Shown: positions 1 through 14,600 of the stretch, in pieces
Position numbering within the stretch: position 1 is the stretch's first letter
Layout: each line of letters starts with the position of its first letter
Origin: Parasitella parasitica NRRL 2501
Lineage: Eukaryota; Fungi; Mucoromycota
Direction of reading: 5' to 3'
Assembly (NCBI GenBank): GCA_025201805.1
Contig: MU619393.1
Coordinates: 1-64,000 of the forward strand
Length of the DNA stretch: 64,000 nt
Notes under the pieces: model-generated
What the model was told of the DNA's origin: nothing
What the model saw: only the letters and a program-made list of their open reading frames with translations
Database searches by the model: none
Program-made: the position numbers and the translations under genes

Positions 1-1457
1 ATTGAATATTTGCTCATAACTTGTGCTAAAATGACAGTAGAACCGAGTTCTAACTTGGAAAACTTAGCATTGACTTGGCGCTATCTGGCAACAACATTGA
101 CATCCATGTTTTCATTGATATCTATAAAGTTATCATATGATATCACAAATTTTCATATCAGAATTGCATATAATCGATGATAGGCTTTGATAAAGAGCAA
201 AATAAAACACTGTCTTATGCGCCATAAGTACAGGCATGATCATCGCTATATGAGCATAACTTGGGTTCCACTGGGCGACCTTTCTATCAAAAGTTATCTG
301 CAAAACCAGTTTTATTTTTCAATATTTATCATAAATATTGAATATTTGCTCAGAATCGGTCGCCCAAATTGCCAGTGGCAAAATTTTTGCATTTTCGGAG
401 TTTTAATATTTGAAACTCCGGCTTTCCCATTTTGCGATTTTTGTCTTGTGATGCCTATATTTATTCGACATAGTGTAAGACTTTCTGCTTCTTTACTGCA
501 GTTATGCAAATAGAATTTGCCTAAATCACTTTTGATTTCGTTATTAATATTAGGTCTATTACTTATGGTAGGATACTAAAAGCTTATTTTTTCTAATTGT
601 ATACAAAGAAGTACCTAATGTGTTAATCTCTCATGCCCCCACTCCGGGTGAACAGCCTATATATCTGAAAACTATCAGCTCAAATGAAAATGCACAACCG
701 TGGCAAAAAGAGGTGAACAGCATGTAGAGATATCATTTTTTATATAAAAATAGTTGACAGATGTGCTTATATCGTGTTTATATATGGAACTGAACATTAT
801 GACAATATCCGATCTTGAAATATCTGGTAAAAAAATTGTTATATAAAGTTCATATTTTTACAAGACGACTTGTATTGTTGCATTATGTAATGATCCTAAA
901 TATCATTACATAATTGGTATGTAAATGACAATTCTTTAGCAATTTTTCCCCAACACATACAAATATAATTGTGTAGATCAAATGAGCATAGGTGAATTTA
1001 TCTGTTCTTCTTCCCTTCATATATTTAACCCAATCCCAATAAATATCTTTTAAATATTATTTATCTACCATTGTTATCTATTCCCAATCTCGTACAACAA
1101 ATCATAGGTATTAATTATATACTAGTAGTAGCAATTACAATTAGTAACACCAACCGTCATACCCCAAGAATAGGGTCATACCAATTGATATAGTTCCAAC
1201 CTGTATTAACCAATTGGAGCCCTTTGACCTAATACATTGTACAAAATAGATTACATATATCATGCTCTATGAGTTGCATATCTTAACATAATATCCGCAA
1301 AATGAGCCCATATTATTTAGTTTTAAATTGTTCTCTTTATGACAGTAAGATGCTGTCAATCTTATGATTGTAAAATACCAACAAAATAAAATAAAAAAAT
1401 ATAAAGCGAGTACAATACAATGGTCGAGTGTAATAATGATGAGAAGTAAAGATGTCA

Positions 1458-3651
1458 CTAACGTTGTTTCTGTTGACTTGTAGCATTAGAGTCTCTAATC
1501 TGTTGCAAAATACTAAAAACACGTTTAGCTAAAGCAAAGATATCGCCATCATCAGTATCGTCCTCTCCCATGTCCATTTTTGGCTTTTGTCCTTCATTAA
1601 TAATTCGTTTGATAGATTCTGTGATGGTATTAGAATTTGCTATCAAATTTAACAGTCGTTCGTCTCCACCATCCAAAAACTGTTCAATAGTCCATACACC
1701 AATATGTTGGAAGGCAACGTCTTGCTCTTCGAGAAGAAATTGGATCAAGAATTTCTCAAGGCCACCAGATGGCAAATTCCAAGCTTCGACAAAGGGTGTG
1801 TAGTCCTTAACTGCAATGAACATTAAGAGATGAGTATGAAATATGCAATTCAAATTAGCTATATAGATTTTACCTTTTGAACTAAGATTTCCTATAGCGG
1901 CAGCAGAGTTGCCTTCAACCTCCATATTTGAGCTAGATGTCAAATCTACCAAGACCTCCAAAATGCCCATACTTAACAGTTTTTGCTTTAAATCATCACT
2001 AAGAGCCAAGACAGCAATGGCTGCAGTCATTTCTGTTTGGACACTTGCAGGAACCTTGCTAATTAAAGTCTTGATTCGCTCAACAGCCCCAGCTTCTACA
2101 ATGGCACGTTTATTGCGTTCCGAACTTGCCGCAAGATTTCGTAAGGTTGAGATAGCATGACATTGAATTTCTTCATTGTCATCGTAGGCCAGTAGCTCAA
2201 TGAGTGGATTCACAAAACCTCCATCAATGATAGGAGATTCATTAGCAGGATGAATGGATATATTACGGATGCATGCAACGGAAGATAAAATAAGTGGTAA
2301 GAAGGAGGATTTTAATAGACGTAAGAGTGGCGGAAGACCTTTGCAACGAACAATTTCGAGTTGATATTTTTCTAAAATAAAACTATTAGAAACAGGATGA
2401 AAGCTGTTTATATACAAGTTACCATCCGATGCGAGGTTTCTTAAAGCAAGTGCAGCTTGACATTGCACTTTTAAACTCTTTGTGTCCATCAATGCGATTA
2501 AATATTGAACGAGCCGTGAATCAGTTTGTGCAAGTTTTTTGCGGTTAGCGCCTAAAATTATGATGGTAATGGATTTAGTATGAGCATAGGCAAAAGAGTG
2601 ATACTTTTACCATCCACTGCAATATTAGATAAAGCTGTTGTGCAGTAATATTGTACATCTGCGTCTGGCGAACCGAGTAAACTAATCAATACAGGGATAG
2701 CACCAGCATTTACCAATTGCTGTCTGTTTTCCTCTATTATTCATTGATATTATCAGACGATGGTTTTATATGACATGGACGCAAATATAGTATATATCTT
2801 ACGTGTGTGTGTCATATTTAACAAGGCGCCAGTGGCATTTCTTTGCACTCTCTGGTCCTTGGATTTTGCTAAATCCACCAGCAAACGCAGAGCATCAGAT
2901 TTCGCAATTTTTGTCTTATTTTCATCTATAGATTTACGAAAATTAATACAAATCGAGGCATGAGCGACGCAAATTTACCGTGAGTAGCAAGGTTTGTAAT
3001 ACAACCAACTGCATTGCACTGAACTTCAACATTTGGCGAGCCCATTTGACGTACAAGCTGATCAAGGCCACCGAGTTTGACGATTAAAAGCTTATTTTCA
3101 GCTTAAAGTAATATAAAAACAAGTAATTAAAACGCTGGCAGCATTTGTTTGTCTCATCAATGAACTTACTGTTCACCGCGAGGTTACCCAAGGCAGCGCT
3201 TGCAGCTCGTTGAACTTCAACATCATGAGACTGTAATAAGAACAATATAGGATCCAAAGTGTCACGACTAACTTGACAAACATCTTTCTCGGTAATTTCT
3301 GCAAATGCAAGTGCTGCTGACCTTTGCAAGTCTACGTTATCTGAATATGCAAGAGTTGAAAGTGCTTGTAATGGTTCTCCTTCAAAAAAGTTGGTATCAC
3401 TACGATCTAAGAAAATCGGGTCTCAGTAATTCATACAAAGATGTTAACTTCTGTAAGAGCCATACTTTCAAGATATTGCAATAGCTCTGCAATAGCTTCA
3501 CGCTCATTTTCTTGCAATAAAGGTTCGTAAAGTCCCGTCCTACTATGCTCTATTAACTGTAAATAATTTCACTCATTCAAAAATAAAATAAAACCTAATA
3601 TTCCTTACTTCCAAAGCAGTTTGAGCAACAACTACTACATGAATTACCCAT
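1458..3651 (-). CDS. VAC8: Vacuolar protein 8 (armadillo-repeat protein), multi-exon
   Basis: Starts [12 protein letters not shown] (myristoylation Gly plus palmitoylation Cys; ATG at 3651). ARM repeats in the ORFs ([57 protein letters not shown]). GT-AG introns; stop at 1458. Confidence 0.95.
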
Positions 3652-4444
3652 TTAATCAACTTATTTATGATAATCAGACAAAGAATAAGAGAATAGATTG
3701 AAAAGGATAGCAAACAACAAGAAAAAAAAAGAAAAAAAAGTGAGGAATCGACATGACTGAGATTGATAATATTTTCTTCCTTCGTTCGTTTGCTTCCACT
3801 ATAAATGTGCCTTGTCACTAGCTTAGATATTGAAATTTAACAATGAACGACCTTGATATTACTGAAGAAAGAATTGTATTTTGAGAATGTTTTGACACTT
3901 TTCAAAATGCCAATCAAATGAGTAGGATTATTTCGCCATCTTGGAATATATGTAGACATAGTATAAGTTTTGTAGGCCCTAAATCGGTTTAAATGTTGTT
4001 TATTGAACTGGTATTACACAGTTTGCTGCTTGGACCAGCAGAGTGGCTCTGATAGACTATTTCCAAAGTATCTGTTGTGCAGTTGATTTAAGGTCATCAG
4101 ATTTGAAGTGCCCAGCTGTCAAACACTACTCGTTGCTATGGTTACATTTGTTCCAAGTTTTCCTTTCAGTACGCATTATAGCATGCATTGATTTTTCTGC
4201 GATATTCAATTTATAGTCAAGTGTTGTTAACTTCTATTTGCATTTTATACCGTATATTCGAAATGTTCCAAATCGTTGTATGGGCAATTACAACATTACC
4301 AAGCTAGCATGTACACCCGATATGTTTAAGGAATACTCATTTTCGGGTATGCTAAAGTAATTTTATTTGCACAAAAAGAATTACTAGAAAAAAGGAGAGG
4401 AGAAAATTGTTTGATTAAATGGATTGGTTTGATAGGACATAGAT

Positions 4445-5251
4445 TTATTCTTCCTTTGATGCTGATGCTGTTGTTGTCTTTATAGTTTTTGCCGCAGCCT
4501 TTGATTCCCCAGATGACTTTTTACTTTTTTTTTCTTTGACTGGATCGAATCCGTACAGAGGAATGAAACTGTCAACAATGCCAACATCTTCAAACAAATT
4601 AGGGAAAATCCAAAATCCACGAGGTAGGACAGGATATGTCACGACATAGAGAACGAGACGAACAAGTGCAATTGCAAAAAAGAGACCAATCAAGCAAAGA
4701 ACACCAATACTAAGATACCAGACACCCAATCTCAGGAAAGTAGGCCAAAGGGGAAAGAGAACGCCTGCTAATACAACAGCCACCAAAGCGGCAGCACCCA
4801 TATACACCTTTACTTTTGAGCCTTCCCAAATCCACATGTAATAACCATCCTCTTTCACTTCTTGAGTTGGGTTTGGTTGCAAAATACGAGGAGATCCCTT
4901 CCCACCAATAGATTGACCACGGTCAACACGTAGAATGAACCCAAATTTACCCAAATCATTCAATACATTGAAAGCTTCTTCACGGTTTGTGGGTGTTTTA
5001 TCACCTTTGGTTACCTTGGCATAATTTTCGTGTAAAATAGCATCAATGCCTCTTTTACCCTTGAAATATTCGAATCTTTTGCCATTGAATACACCTTGTC
5101 TTGCTTTTAAACCAGAAGCTTTTTCATCTTTGAGGTAATTGGCAGTATTTTTGTAAATTGCGGGAGCTTTGTTGGCATCGTTGACCTGGATGGTTTGCTG
5201 TTGACCGTTAGACGGCCCATGATTGCAATCAGGTCCATGTTGATGGCTCAT
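4445..5251 (-). CDS. SEC62: Translocation protein Sec62 (intronless, ~268 aa)
   Basis: RFEYFKGKR motif, YYMWIWEG, two TM helices (VLAGVLFPLWP...GVWYLS), FWIFPNLFEDVGIVDSFIPLY. First ATG is at 5251. Confidence 0.95.
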   Translation of the reverse strand: MSHQHGPDCNHGPSNGQQQTIQVNDANKAPAIYKNTANYLKDEKASGLKARQGVFNGKRFEYFKGKRGIDAILHENYAKVTKGDKTPTNREEAFNVLNDLGKFGFILRVDRGQSIGGKGSPRILQPNPTQEVKEDGYYMWIWEGSKVKVYMGAAALVAVVLAGVLFPLWPTFLRLGVWYLSIGVLCLIGLFFAIALVRLVLYVVTYPVLPRGFWIFPNLFEDVGIVDSFIPLYGFDPVKEKKSKKSSGESKAAAKTIKTTTASASKEE

Positions 5252-5372
5252 TTTGTATATGTTTATGTAAGTATGTTTAAAGAAAAAAAAAGAAAAGCTG
5301 ATGGAGGCGTTTATTCTCCCCTTTTGATATGATTTATTATGATATTTAACCCAATCAAAAGTGGACAAACAC

Positions 5373-6524
5373 CTAGCTTTTTTTTAATTTACTTGAAGAA
5401 GCTGGAGGCACTATTGGTCTAAACGCAAACTTGGTTCTGTATGTAAAGATTAGTCAATACAGCTTCAGAATGAATACAAACTCTACTTACTTGCAAGTCG
5501 AGCAAACAGGAGACCATCTGCAAAAAACTATGGTAATGAATAGTCAGCAGTCCATTTCCTGAATATGCCCCATCTACACAACTTACTTGATAGACAAACA
5601 GAACATACAAATCCAATGTCGACAATCTTTTTATGACAAAAACAAGCGGCTCGAAAATCGACTTGATCTTGAGTGGGAAGGTTAAGGTAGTTACGAGAAT
5701 ATCGATCGGGTAAAAATGCCATCATCAAATATTCCAGCAGTGCTTGACGATTCTCCATCTTGATATAAATCCCTCCTGTGATGTTGGATGCCTGCTGTAG
5801 AAATGCAGTTTCATCCCCAAATATCTTACAAACATCTAAAGGAATGCTCGCCTTTTGCGCCGAAAAAATACAGTTCATCAATGGGATATATTGATATGCG
5901 GAATCGGGAGATACTGATAAAACTAAAATTCTCGGTTTAACATGGCCCTCATCATCTAATTTCGTCACTCGATTGATATAACATAGTGCCATAGATAGAG
6001 CGCCTGTGATTGTAGGCGAAGCTCCCATATCTTTCTTTAAAAAACTCGCATCCGTGCTCGACAGTAGCTTTTTTAGATTCGATACGATTTGATCTGTCAC
6101 TATTTGAAAATGTGGGTACATATTAGCGTTTCTTTTGTTGCCATTATTGTTTGAGGTCGATTCTTCGTTGTCGGCGAGTGGGTATAGGATTTTACTGCGT
6201 ACATTATGGAAACATTATGTGTATCAGATCATTCAGTCCATGTCTTATAGGTAATACGACAAACCTTTGCCCAATATGACTTGCTATGACCACAACTTTA
6301 TTGTTATATTTCAATGCTAAATGTGCGTTGATGAAAACAAGCACCTGGCTAAGCGCATTTTCAAGGCTGAGAGGCACTGCTGCCTTCGAAGAGTCTTCCC
6401 AGGCAGATGGATTTGTGTCGATTATTATTACCAGCAAATTTGAATCATCTGTAATTTTCAATTTAGCATCTAAATCAGCTATAAACAGCGGGTGTTTACC
6501 TTCGCTCAATGACACGTCTTTCAT
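5373..6524 (-). CDS. TFB4: TFIIH subunit Tfb4/p34 (vWA-like domain plus C4 zinc finger), multi-exon
   Basis: LLVIIIDTNP, VLVFINAHLA, QYIPLMNCIFSAQK, VDFRAACFCH..GFVCSVCLS. The spliced C-terminus reads IFCRWSPVCSTCK..TKF. ATG 6524, TAG 5373-5375. Confidence 0.95.
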
Positions 6525-7472
6525 TTGTGAAATACGTAAAATAGAAAGAAACAAAGTCAAAACGAGTTCAAAAATACAGCCATTTCTAAAACAGACTAAG
6601 TGACACATTGTTTGTTTTTGTACGCATTCAGATATTCGCACGTCCATAAGCTCATGGTAGACATTTAAGTTCTGTAAAACGATTCAAGGTTTAGCACCCT
6701 TCAAAGTTAGTTTGCAGGCCCAGGGCTTGAAATGTTATCAAGTTGAGAGTTGCATCTAATATAAACGTTCAGACAAAGTTTGCGTGTCACTCACAAAATG
6801 CCCTCAACTGTGACACTATAAAAGATATGTTATCATCGAGTAACATGGAATTAAGCTCATGATGTTGCATTAATATTCATCATATACCTTGATGAGCTGA
6901 AAATTAGCACTTGGATCAAGCAGTTGTGGGATGTGCGTCTTGCGAAACAAAGGGGTATATAAACTGATTGAGAGTATCAATGCAGTTTGCTGAAAACAAT
7001 GTTTCTGACGGCGAAAATCGAAGCTCATTTACATTTAATTAGCACCTAAAGAGAGGGGCGATGAAGGATAGTGAGCATAGTTTAGATCGGATGTATATCA
7101 ACGTGTTTCTCAAGCAGAATAAGGCTCAAGCAGGACTCTCAGAGAACTGTACAAAAGACAAACCCAAAATCCCACCTCATGTGGCAAATTCGTACTGTAA
7201 CTCGTCAAAAAGACTTTAATTAAAAAGTTTCCAATGTATATATTACCATAGTCATAGTAAAATTTGATATACACCATTTCAAAGTGTACTCAATACTTGT
7301 CATTACTCTGATAATGAGAATTGGAACAGAACCATCTTTAAACTATTGGCAACACAAGGTCAACATTTCGATGTTCCGCTATTCTGGCACCGCGGTTGTT
7401 TTTTTTAAACAAAAATGATGGCTTTCAGATTTCACATTCTTCTTAAACCTTCCATAGCATTACTCGTCGAAT

Positions 7473-8439
7473 ATGGATGACCCAAACGCAGATACCGAGT
7501 GGTAATAAAAATGTAACATGCAAGATTATTAAAGCAAACAACGCTGAATTTATTGAAAACAGGAATGATATCTTACGCGCCAAGGGTATCTTACCACCCA
7601 AGGACGAAGAAAAGGACAATCAATTTGAAGATGCTTTCGTCGACATGGTCAAAGCCAGACAAGCAAAATTGGATAGCCTCGACAGCATTACCGATCTTGA
7701 CAAATTTGACGAGTTGGAAGATGTAGAAGATGATCGGATTTTGGATGAATACAGGTACAATCCAGGAATTGAGATTTTCACAATACATTGTTGTTGACTT
7801 TCTTTAGAATAGACGTCGACGCATGATGGAAATGCAAGCAGAGGCCGCAAAGGAAAAGTTTGGCGAGGTCAAGGAGATTTCGAAACCTGATTTTATTAAA
7901 GAAGTAACAGAAGCAAGCAAGGAATGCCATGTGGTTGTTCATTTGTACCAGGACTAGTAAGTTTTGCGAGGCTCGTTGAGCTTGGGGTTGACGGAGACTG
8001 ATGGGTGTTGTGCGTGATAGTATTCCTGCTTGTAAACTGATGAACCGCTGCTTGAATGAATTGGCTCTTCAATTTAAAGCCACAAAGTTTGTTCGCATTG
8101 TAGCCGATATGTGTATACCAAACTATCCTGAACAAAATGTACCTACTTTGTTAATTTACGGTGAAGGCGACATCAAGGCTAATCTAGTTGGTGCTATCCA
8201 GTTTGGTGGAATGAAAATGACAACCAAGAGTAAGTGGGATATCAGGGTGGCCAGATTAAGAGATTAAAATGACTCTGAATGAAATAGGTCTTCGTGCTAT
8301 ACTTGCTCAATATAATGCTGTTCCTGCCGAGAAAAATGCTCATGAAGACGAGCCAAAAAAGACGATTTATCAATCAACAGCTACTGCTGCGCTTAGCGAT
8401 GACGATGAGAGCGACACTGACGATAGAGGATATTATTAA
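7473..8439 (+). CDS. PLP2: Phosducin-like protein (PhLP2/PDCL3 type), multi-exon
   Basis: Spliced N-terminus [56 protein letters not shown]; acidic C-terminus; TAA at 8437-8439. Confidence 0.9.
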
Positions 8440-8671
8440 AATAAACGTTTTTACGATCAAAAGTGTGTATGCGGAAACCTCTTTTCTAAAGGAAGGAGGA
8501 GGAATTCCCTATTTTTCCATCATTTAATACGTGTTCATCCCTTGCCTCTCCTTCATGGATCTGTCAATGCTTCAATCCATTTCATGTGACTCGTATCAAA
8601 CTCTTTGATGATGGTGTCTAACACGCATATCACATTCAAACCAATTTTTCACTCGTTAGAACACTAGAATA

Positions 8672-11600
8672 ATGAGTTCAAAGAGAAACCACTCTTCTAA
8701 CAATAGTGGTGGATACAATAGACACAATTCTAGAGGTTCAAACAGAGACAAAAATCAACGACAAGCGCAAAAATCCTATGGTATTTCTATGAAACATACT
8801 TGATAATAATCCTTTAACGATAAAAACCCCATCCACCAGAATCAACGACATCAAATGAAACTCGAGCAGTTCAACTATTAAGACATATATTCAATGATGA
8901 CGATGATACCCTATTTTCACGTCGAATTACCAACGCGAATCAGCTGCTTCATATGCTTGAAGAGTCAAGAAGCAGTATTTCCGACTCTCTTGAATTTCGA
9001 CAGGAACAAAAGCAATTACTTGACATTTGCATCTATGATGAAGGTCTCAGACGTATCGTAGAGTTCACTAAGGCGCCACCTGTGTTAAAAAGCACCATGA
9101 TGAAAATAGTGTCAGGATTGGCTTGTTATACTAGACTGGATCTTGCCTTAAGCTGGATTTTTGATAGGATATCAGTTTGGGAGACATCTATCAACCAAGT
9201 CAGCAAGGATCGAGAGTGGAAAAAATGGCTTTTAAAGCTGTTGACACAGGCAAGAAATTGGACGCAAGAAAACGCTGTTTGCTCTAGTAACGCATGAAAA
9301 TAGATATTGGCAGATTCGGCTACAGATCAATTTACCTACAAGCAAACATTGGAAATGTCGCCCATGATTGTAGCAGGCATCATCTCATTTTTAGACGCCA
9401 TGGATTCCGAAGAATTCCTTCCTCTGATGATAGACCTGCTCGTATATTTTTCAGAAAATTACCAAACCACATTTGCACAGAGATTTAATGTAAAATGGCA
9501 ATACGATTGACTTGATCTGTAGAGAAAGATTGACGTTATACTATAGGACATTATTGATTTGCTAGTAGGCTGGAATATGGACCCTAATCTATCAGAATCA
9601 AAGAGAGCAATTCTCATCTCTTCATACTCCAAATTCAGCTTGTTTTGGTCTGGTTACTTGCCATTTGCTGTAGAGCTGCTAAACCATTTTTTGACCGACA
9701 TGCAAACGCTGGTTGCGGGGTTGAGAAACGCTACGAATGATGAAGTACAGACCAAGAAATGGGAATCCTGCACTAATCTTTTAAGGTAAACTTATAGTGG
9801 AATATTGTGTAGAATATGTATTAATCTTCCACTGTCAATTATAGCTGTTTTGATGCAATTCTAAATACCATTTTACCATTGATGGCTTCTTTATCAGAGA
9901 ACTACCATGATAGCCACAGGGCGGAGGCGTCTTTCGGTAAATTGGTTCCTGGTATACTTTCCATAGCAACAGAGGCACAGCAAGCAGGTCCAAATGAGCA
10001 ATGGAATCAATTGGTCAGGAGAACACTGCTCTCATTGATCTCGCTTAAACCAGCAAACCAGCGCGCTTACCAATACAAACTATACCTTTTCCTTTTTGCA
10101 AAACATCACCACCAGGAATTTACATCAAGTGAGGATTGTCAGACATATGTTGACTTGCTTTTGCGTGTAAGTCTTTGTTAGCATAAACCAAAAATACTGG
10201 CTAATTTTGGTTGATAGTTTATCAATTATTGGGGTCAAAATATCGATCAGCAGATAGTATATCAGTTACTGAACACGCAAATCTCACCATTACATCGAAT
10301 AAGATCGCAAAATGTAGATAATGAGAGATTAAAAAGTGGGATACAGCTTCTCGTGCGATTTTTGATCAGAGTTCCTATATCCGAGAGTACTCGCAATCAG
10401 ATCAATCACCAATTCATTGAAAGGCTGAATGGTTTTCAAAATCAACTCAAACAACAAGATAACGCAACCGTCAAAGAAAAGGATGTGCTTCAGCGTACTG
10501 TATCCGTGATTCAACAGAATGATGGTTCCATTGCATTTTCTTTGCCCAGTACCGGTAATTCTAAATCGAGAATCGACAATGTGCAGATTCAAGATACCCT
10601 ATTTTACAACTATATTTTGCTCGACATTGCGGCTGTGTGGCCAATGCTGCGCTTCGAAAACTCGTTGATCTCACTTGAAATGCTGTGTGCTGCTTGGCAT
10701 AACAAGTACAATGATGTTTTTGATTCGTGTCTTCAATTGTTACAGAATTACTGGGCAAGGTAACCATTCGATATGTATTTAAACATTTTTATATACACTG
10801 AACTGTTGTATACTAGCTTGCACTACATGCTAGAGGATGAGTATGCAGTGGAAATGATTACGTGTTTGGTAGCCGATCTACTAGATAATTGGAAACAGCT
10901 GACATTACAAACACGCCAATCCCTATGCAGCTTTGTAAAAGCTATCTTGTTGGAGTTGTATGTCACTGAAAACTTACATTTGGATACACATACACTGTTC
11001 AAGCCGGTGATGTCTGGATTTCTCAATGCTGCCGGTAAAAGATGGATGGTTGCATACTCTGCTCGTCTTATTGATGCGGGCTATTTAGGTATTGAAAGAA
11101 ACAACGACACAAAGCAGCTCCTTTTAAGGCTTGTAACATATTACTGCCAAGTGTTCGGGTCTGCCGAGATTATCGATTTGATCCTTGAGCAAATGCAAAA
11201 AAGCATCAACAATCCTCACAACAAGGTTCAAAGAGCAAGCGAAGATTTATTGACATCATTAAACCCTTTCATGATATCTGAAATCAATAAATTCGATGAC
11301 TACACAACTGCATTCATTCAGGTATGAACATTTCAAACGGTGCCATGATAATTTTACTAAAACCATTACAGAGCATCGTCATGGCAACCCCACATACAGG
11401 TTCATTTAGACCTGTTCATTATGAAATTGTAATGAAACACTTGGGAATGTCGAAATATTTACTGGGCAACCATAGTCAGCCTAGCAATATGGATAACGAA
11501 AATTCATCCGAATGGGCCAGACGATTACTGCATCATTGTGACACTATCAACAATATGAAAAATGTGAATATATTTACTGAATTAAAAGAGGATATGGATC

Positions 11601-14600
11601 TTGGAAACATAGTAGATTTAATCAACAACAGTGAGACGCTTCTCTGCTTCTGGGCAATGTGGGAGTCAGCTCGATACTGTATGCTGTCTCGATTGCGTAC
11701 GCCATTTGGTGGACCGCAGCAGACGTTTACTGCGTTTGAGCGAACGCTTCAAGCCTTGGTGTGCGATGCAGAATCAAAGGATTGGTAAGCGTACTACATA
11801 AATTTTACATACAGGGGATGCCAATCTAAACTTTGCCGTATAGTGCTGGTGGTAACAATGTAGACTTTTTGCGGCACTTGCTGCTTCTATTGGATCGTTT
11901 GGAGCTTCAAATATCCAACGCCACAGACGGGTGTGCCACTGGATCACTTCCAGCTGTTCCTCGATCTAGCTTGATATTCTTTAGAACAAACAAAAAGACA
12001 TGTCATGATTACTTTTTAAGAATTAGACCATCCATTATCGCAGGCGCTAAGCTGGTTCGAAATGATAATCTGTTGATTACACACGCGACTCAGGTACGCA
12101 GATCTCCTTCTTTCCAGTCATTGAGGAAATTTAACATTAGATGGATACTAGATTTTAACCGAATTGGAATCCAATATTCCATCCACAGATTTTGCGTGTT
12201 GGTTCAAAGAATTAAATGGCTACCTGTGTGATTTAGGTACAAGTACCTTTCTTTCTTGCCAGATAACGATTGACTAACATTTTGATTTAGTGGAAGCATG
12301 TATTCGTGAAAAGTACATGGACCTAATTTATGGAGTGCAAGCCTGGTACAAGAAACTGATCCGAAGAGTCCAGAATGTTTCTAATGACTTTAAAGATGAC
12401 TGGGCATTTAAAGGGTTGATTGGGCCTTTTGAAAGCTCTGAAAAATCAACTGCCACTTCAAATAATGTTACATGGTTTCAAGTAGCAGCTCAATTTGCAT
12501 CTGTAAGACGTAGCAAGCCGAAAAAAGGAAACGAACTACATTGGATTGACTTTGTACTGTATATAGGGTCGTGATGAAGATGCTATAAAAGCATTGACTA
12601 GTCTTAAATCCTTTGTAAATCAAGATGGATTTGGCATCTTGGATATGCTTGATCGCCAAGTAGTCTACTTTTATACTTGTCTGGAAGACTACGAGTCTCT
12701 GCAAAAAGTACTTGATAACGGCTCTACCGTGATAGATGATTTCGTATGTGAAAGCTTACGAGCATTCAATGCGGGTAACCAGGCATCCCTTGAAGAACAG
12801 AACAAGGCTATGAGGGATATCGAAACATTTGTAGCAACTGCTCCGTTAGAATCCTGCCTCGAATTATCCCGTTTAGACACATTTAGACACTGGATGATTT
12901 CTTCTGTTTCTACAACAACAACACCAGATAATTCGCCAAACACTGGTATCACGACTCGATTGGCTGGAAGAATACTTCAAGTGCTTAAAGATGGTATTTT
13001 CAGTAACAAATCCAGTTTACTAGAGCTCCAGTTACTTCAATCTGATTGGGAGAATCTGATTGCCAGTGCCAAAGATTGGTTATACTTGACCTCGGGAAAT
13101 GCATCCAAACTTCATCATCTACCGTCTGAAACAAAGCATTGGGCAAGACTATCCACTCATTTTGAAAGGCTATATACACAAAATGACGCATTAGAGAACG
13201 CTGAAGTCAGTCAATGTTTAGGTTTGATACAATTGCACGCTGCCAAGGTTGCCCGTCGTCAAGGTAACATTCAACTAGCAGAAACTCTCATCAACAAGGC
13301 TGTCCACATCCCTGATACAGAGTATTTGGCATTGTATGAACGGACAAAGATATTGTTCGCTCGCTGCGAATATGCCCATGCTATGAAAACCGCCAATAAT
13401 GTGCTAGTCCATGTTATGTCTGCACCTGGATACGAAGAACTAAAGAGCATGACCTATCTTAAAGTAGCTCGTTACTTGAAAAGTTGTCCAGATAACCAGG
13501 TGGAGGAGCTGTTGCATCAATTAGACACTACCCTTATCAAGACAGAGGCTACTGATTTGCAGTCATCTGTCGAAGTATCGATCGATGATGCCCTTGAAAA
13601 ATCAATTGAAAACAATACCACAGATGGAAGGCCATGGTTTGAATATGCCACACATTATTATAAACAAGGCTGGCGTATCTTGGATGATATTACGAAAACT
13701 GATATATCTATGCCAGCTGTTGCTTGGGCCAACAACAAGATTCAAAAGGTGCTGATTCAAGCAGAAGATATGCCGATTGATGCTAAACAAGTTGATAAGG
13801 TAAGAAAATTAAGTTACTTGTCTAACAAGCTTCTAATTTGGCTGGAGTTAGATTTTCTCCGTGCTACTAAAGTATTCGTCTGCGGTTGGAGATAAGGAAC
13901 TATCAGATTTTGATGCGCTCAATACTGATCTGAAGCAATTAACACCATTTTTGGAATCAGACAGTCAAGCAATCATCCTTGATACTTTGAATGTATTGCA
14001 GCAAATGATCATTGGCAAGTTTTATGCCTCGGCCCAGGCATATTTCCGCTATCTATCATTAGACATCCATAGTCAGTATCATGTAAGTCATGCGACTATT
14101 GCTAAGAGTTAAGTGTGCTAACTCTTTTTCTTTTGAAAAAAAAAAAAAAAAACTAGGCGGATAGCAGTGCAAATATTAGCTCCACGTCTACAGTCATCAC
14201 TGCAACGCTACGGCTGCTGAGGATCCTAACAAAATATGGTAAAGCGCTACAACCGCTGTTTACAGAACACATTGAAAACGTGCGTGTCGATCTCTGGAAA
14301 CCAGTGATTCCTCAACTATTTGCACAGTTGAACCATCCGAACGAATTTGTTCGTCAAATCATTGGAAAACTGATTAGTCGCATTTGCGATGAATATCCTA
14401 GAGAAATAGTGTACGATGTTATTGTTAATTCGACATCTTCCAAGACCAATCGAGAAACAAAACAGAGTCTGGACGCCATTGCAAACCGTATGATGGATAG
14501 AAACGAATTGCTATGGTTATCTACAAGACGAATGGTGGAAGAACTGGAGAAAATTACAGTTTTGCTGGAAGAAAGATGGCTAAACAAGATTGCTTCGCTG

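Noticed and set aside
1-500. ORFs 187-513 and 312-509 and short repeats (ATTGAATATTTGCTCA at 1 and ~338; CGGAGTTT/AAACTCCG hairpin)
   Set aside because: The ORFs are not protein-like. The repeats hint at a non-autonomous element end, but no terminus or TSD can be defined at the window edge.
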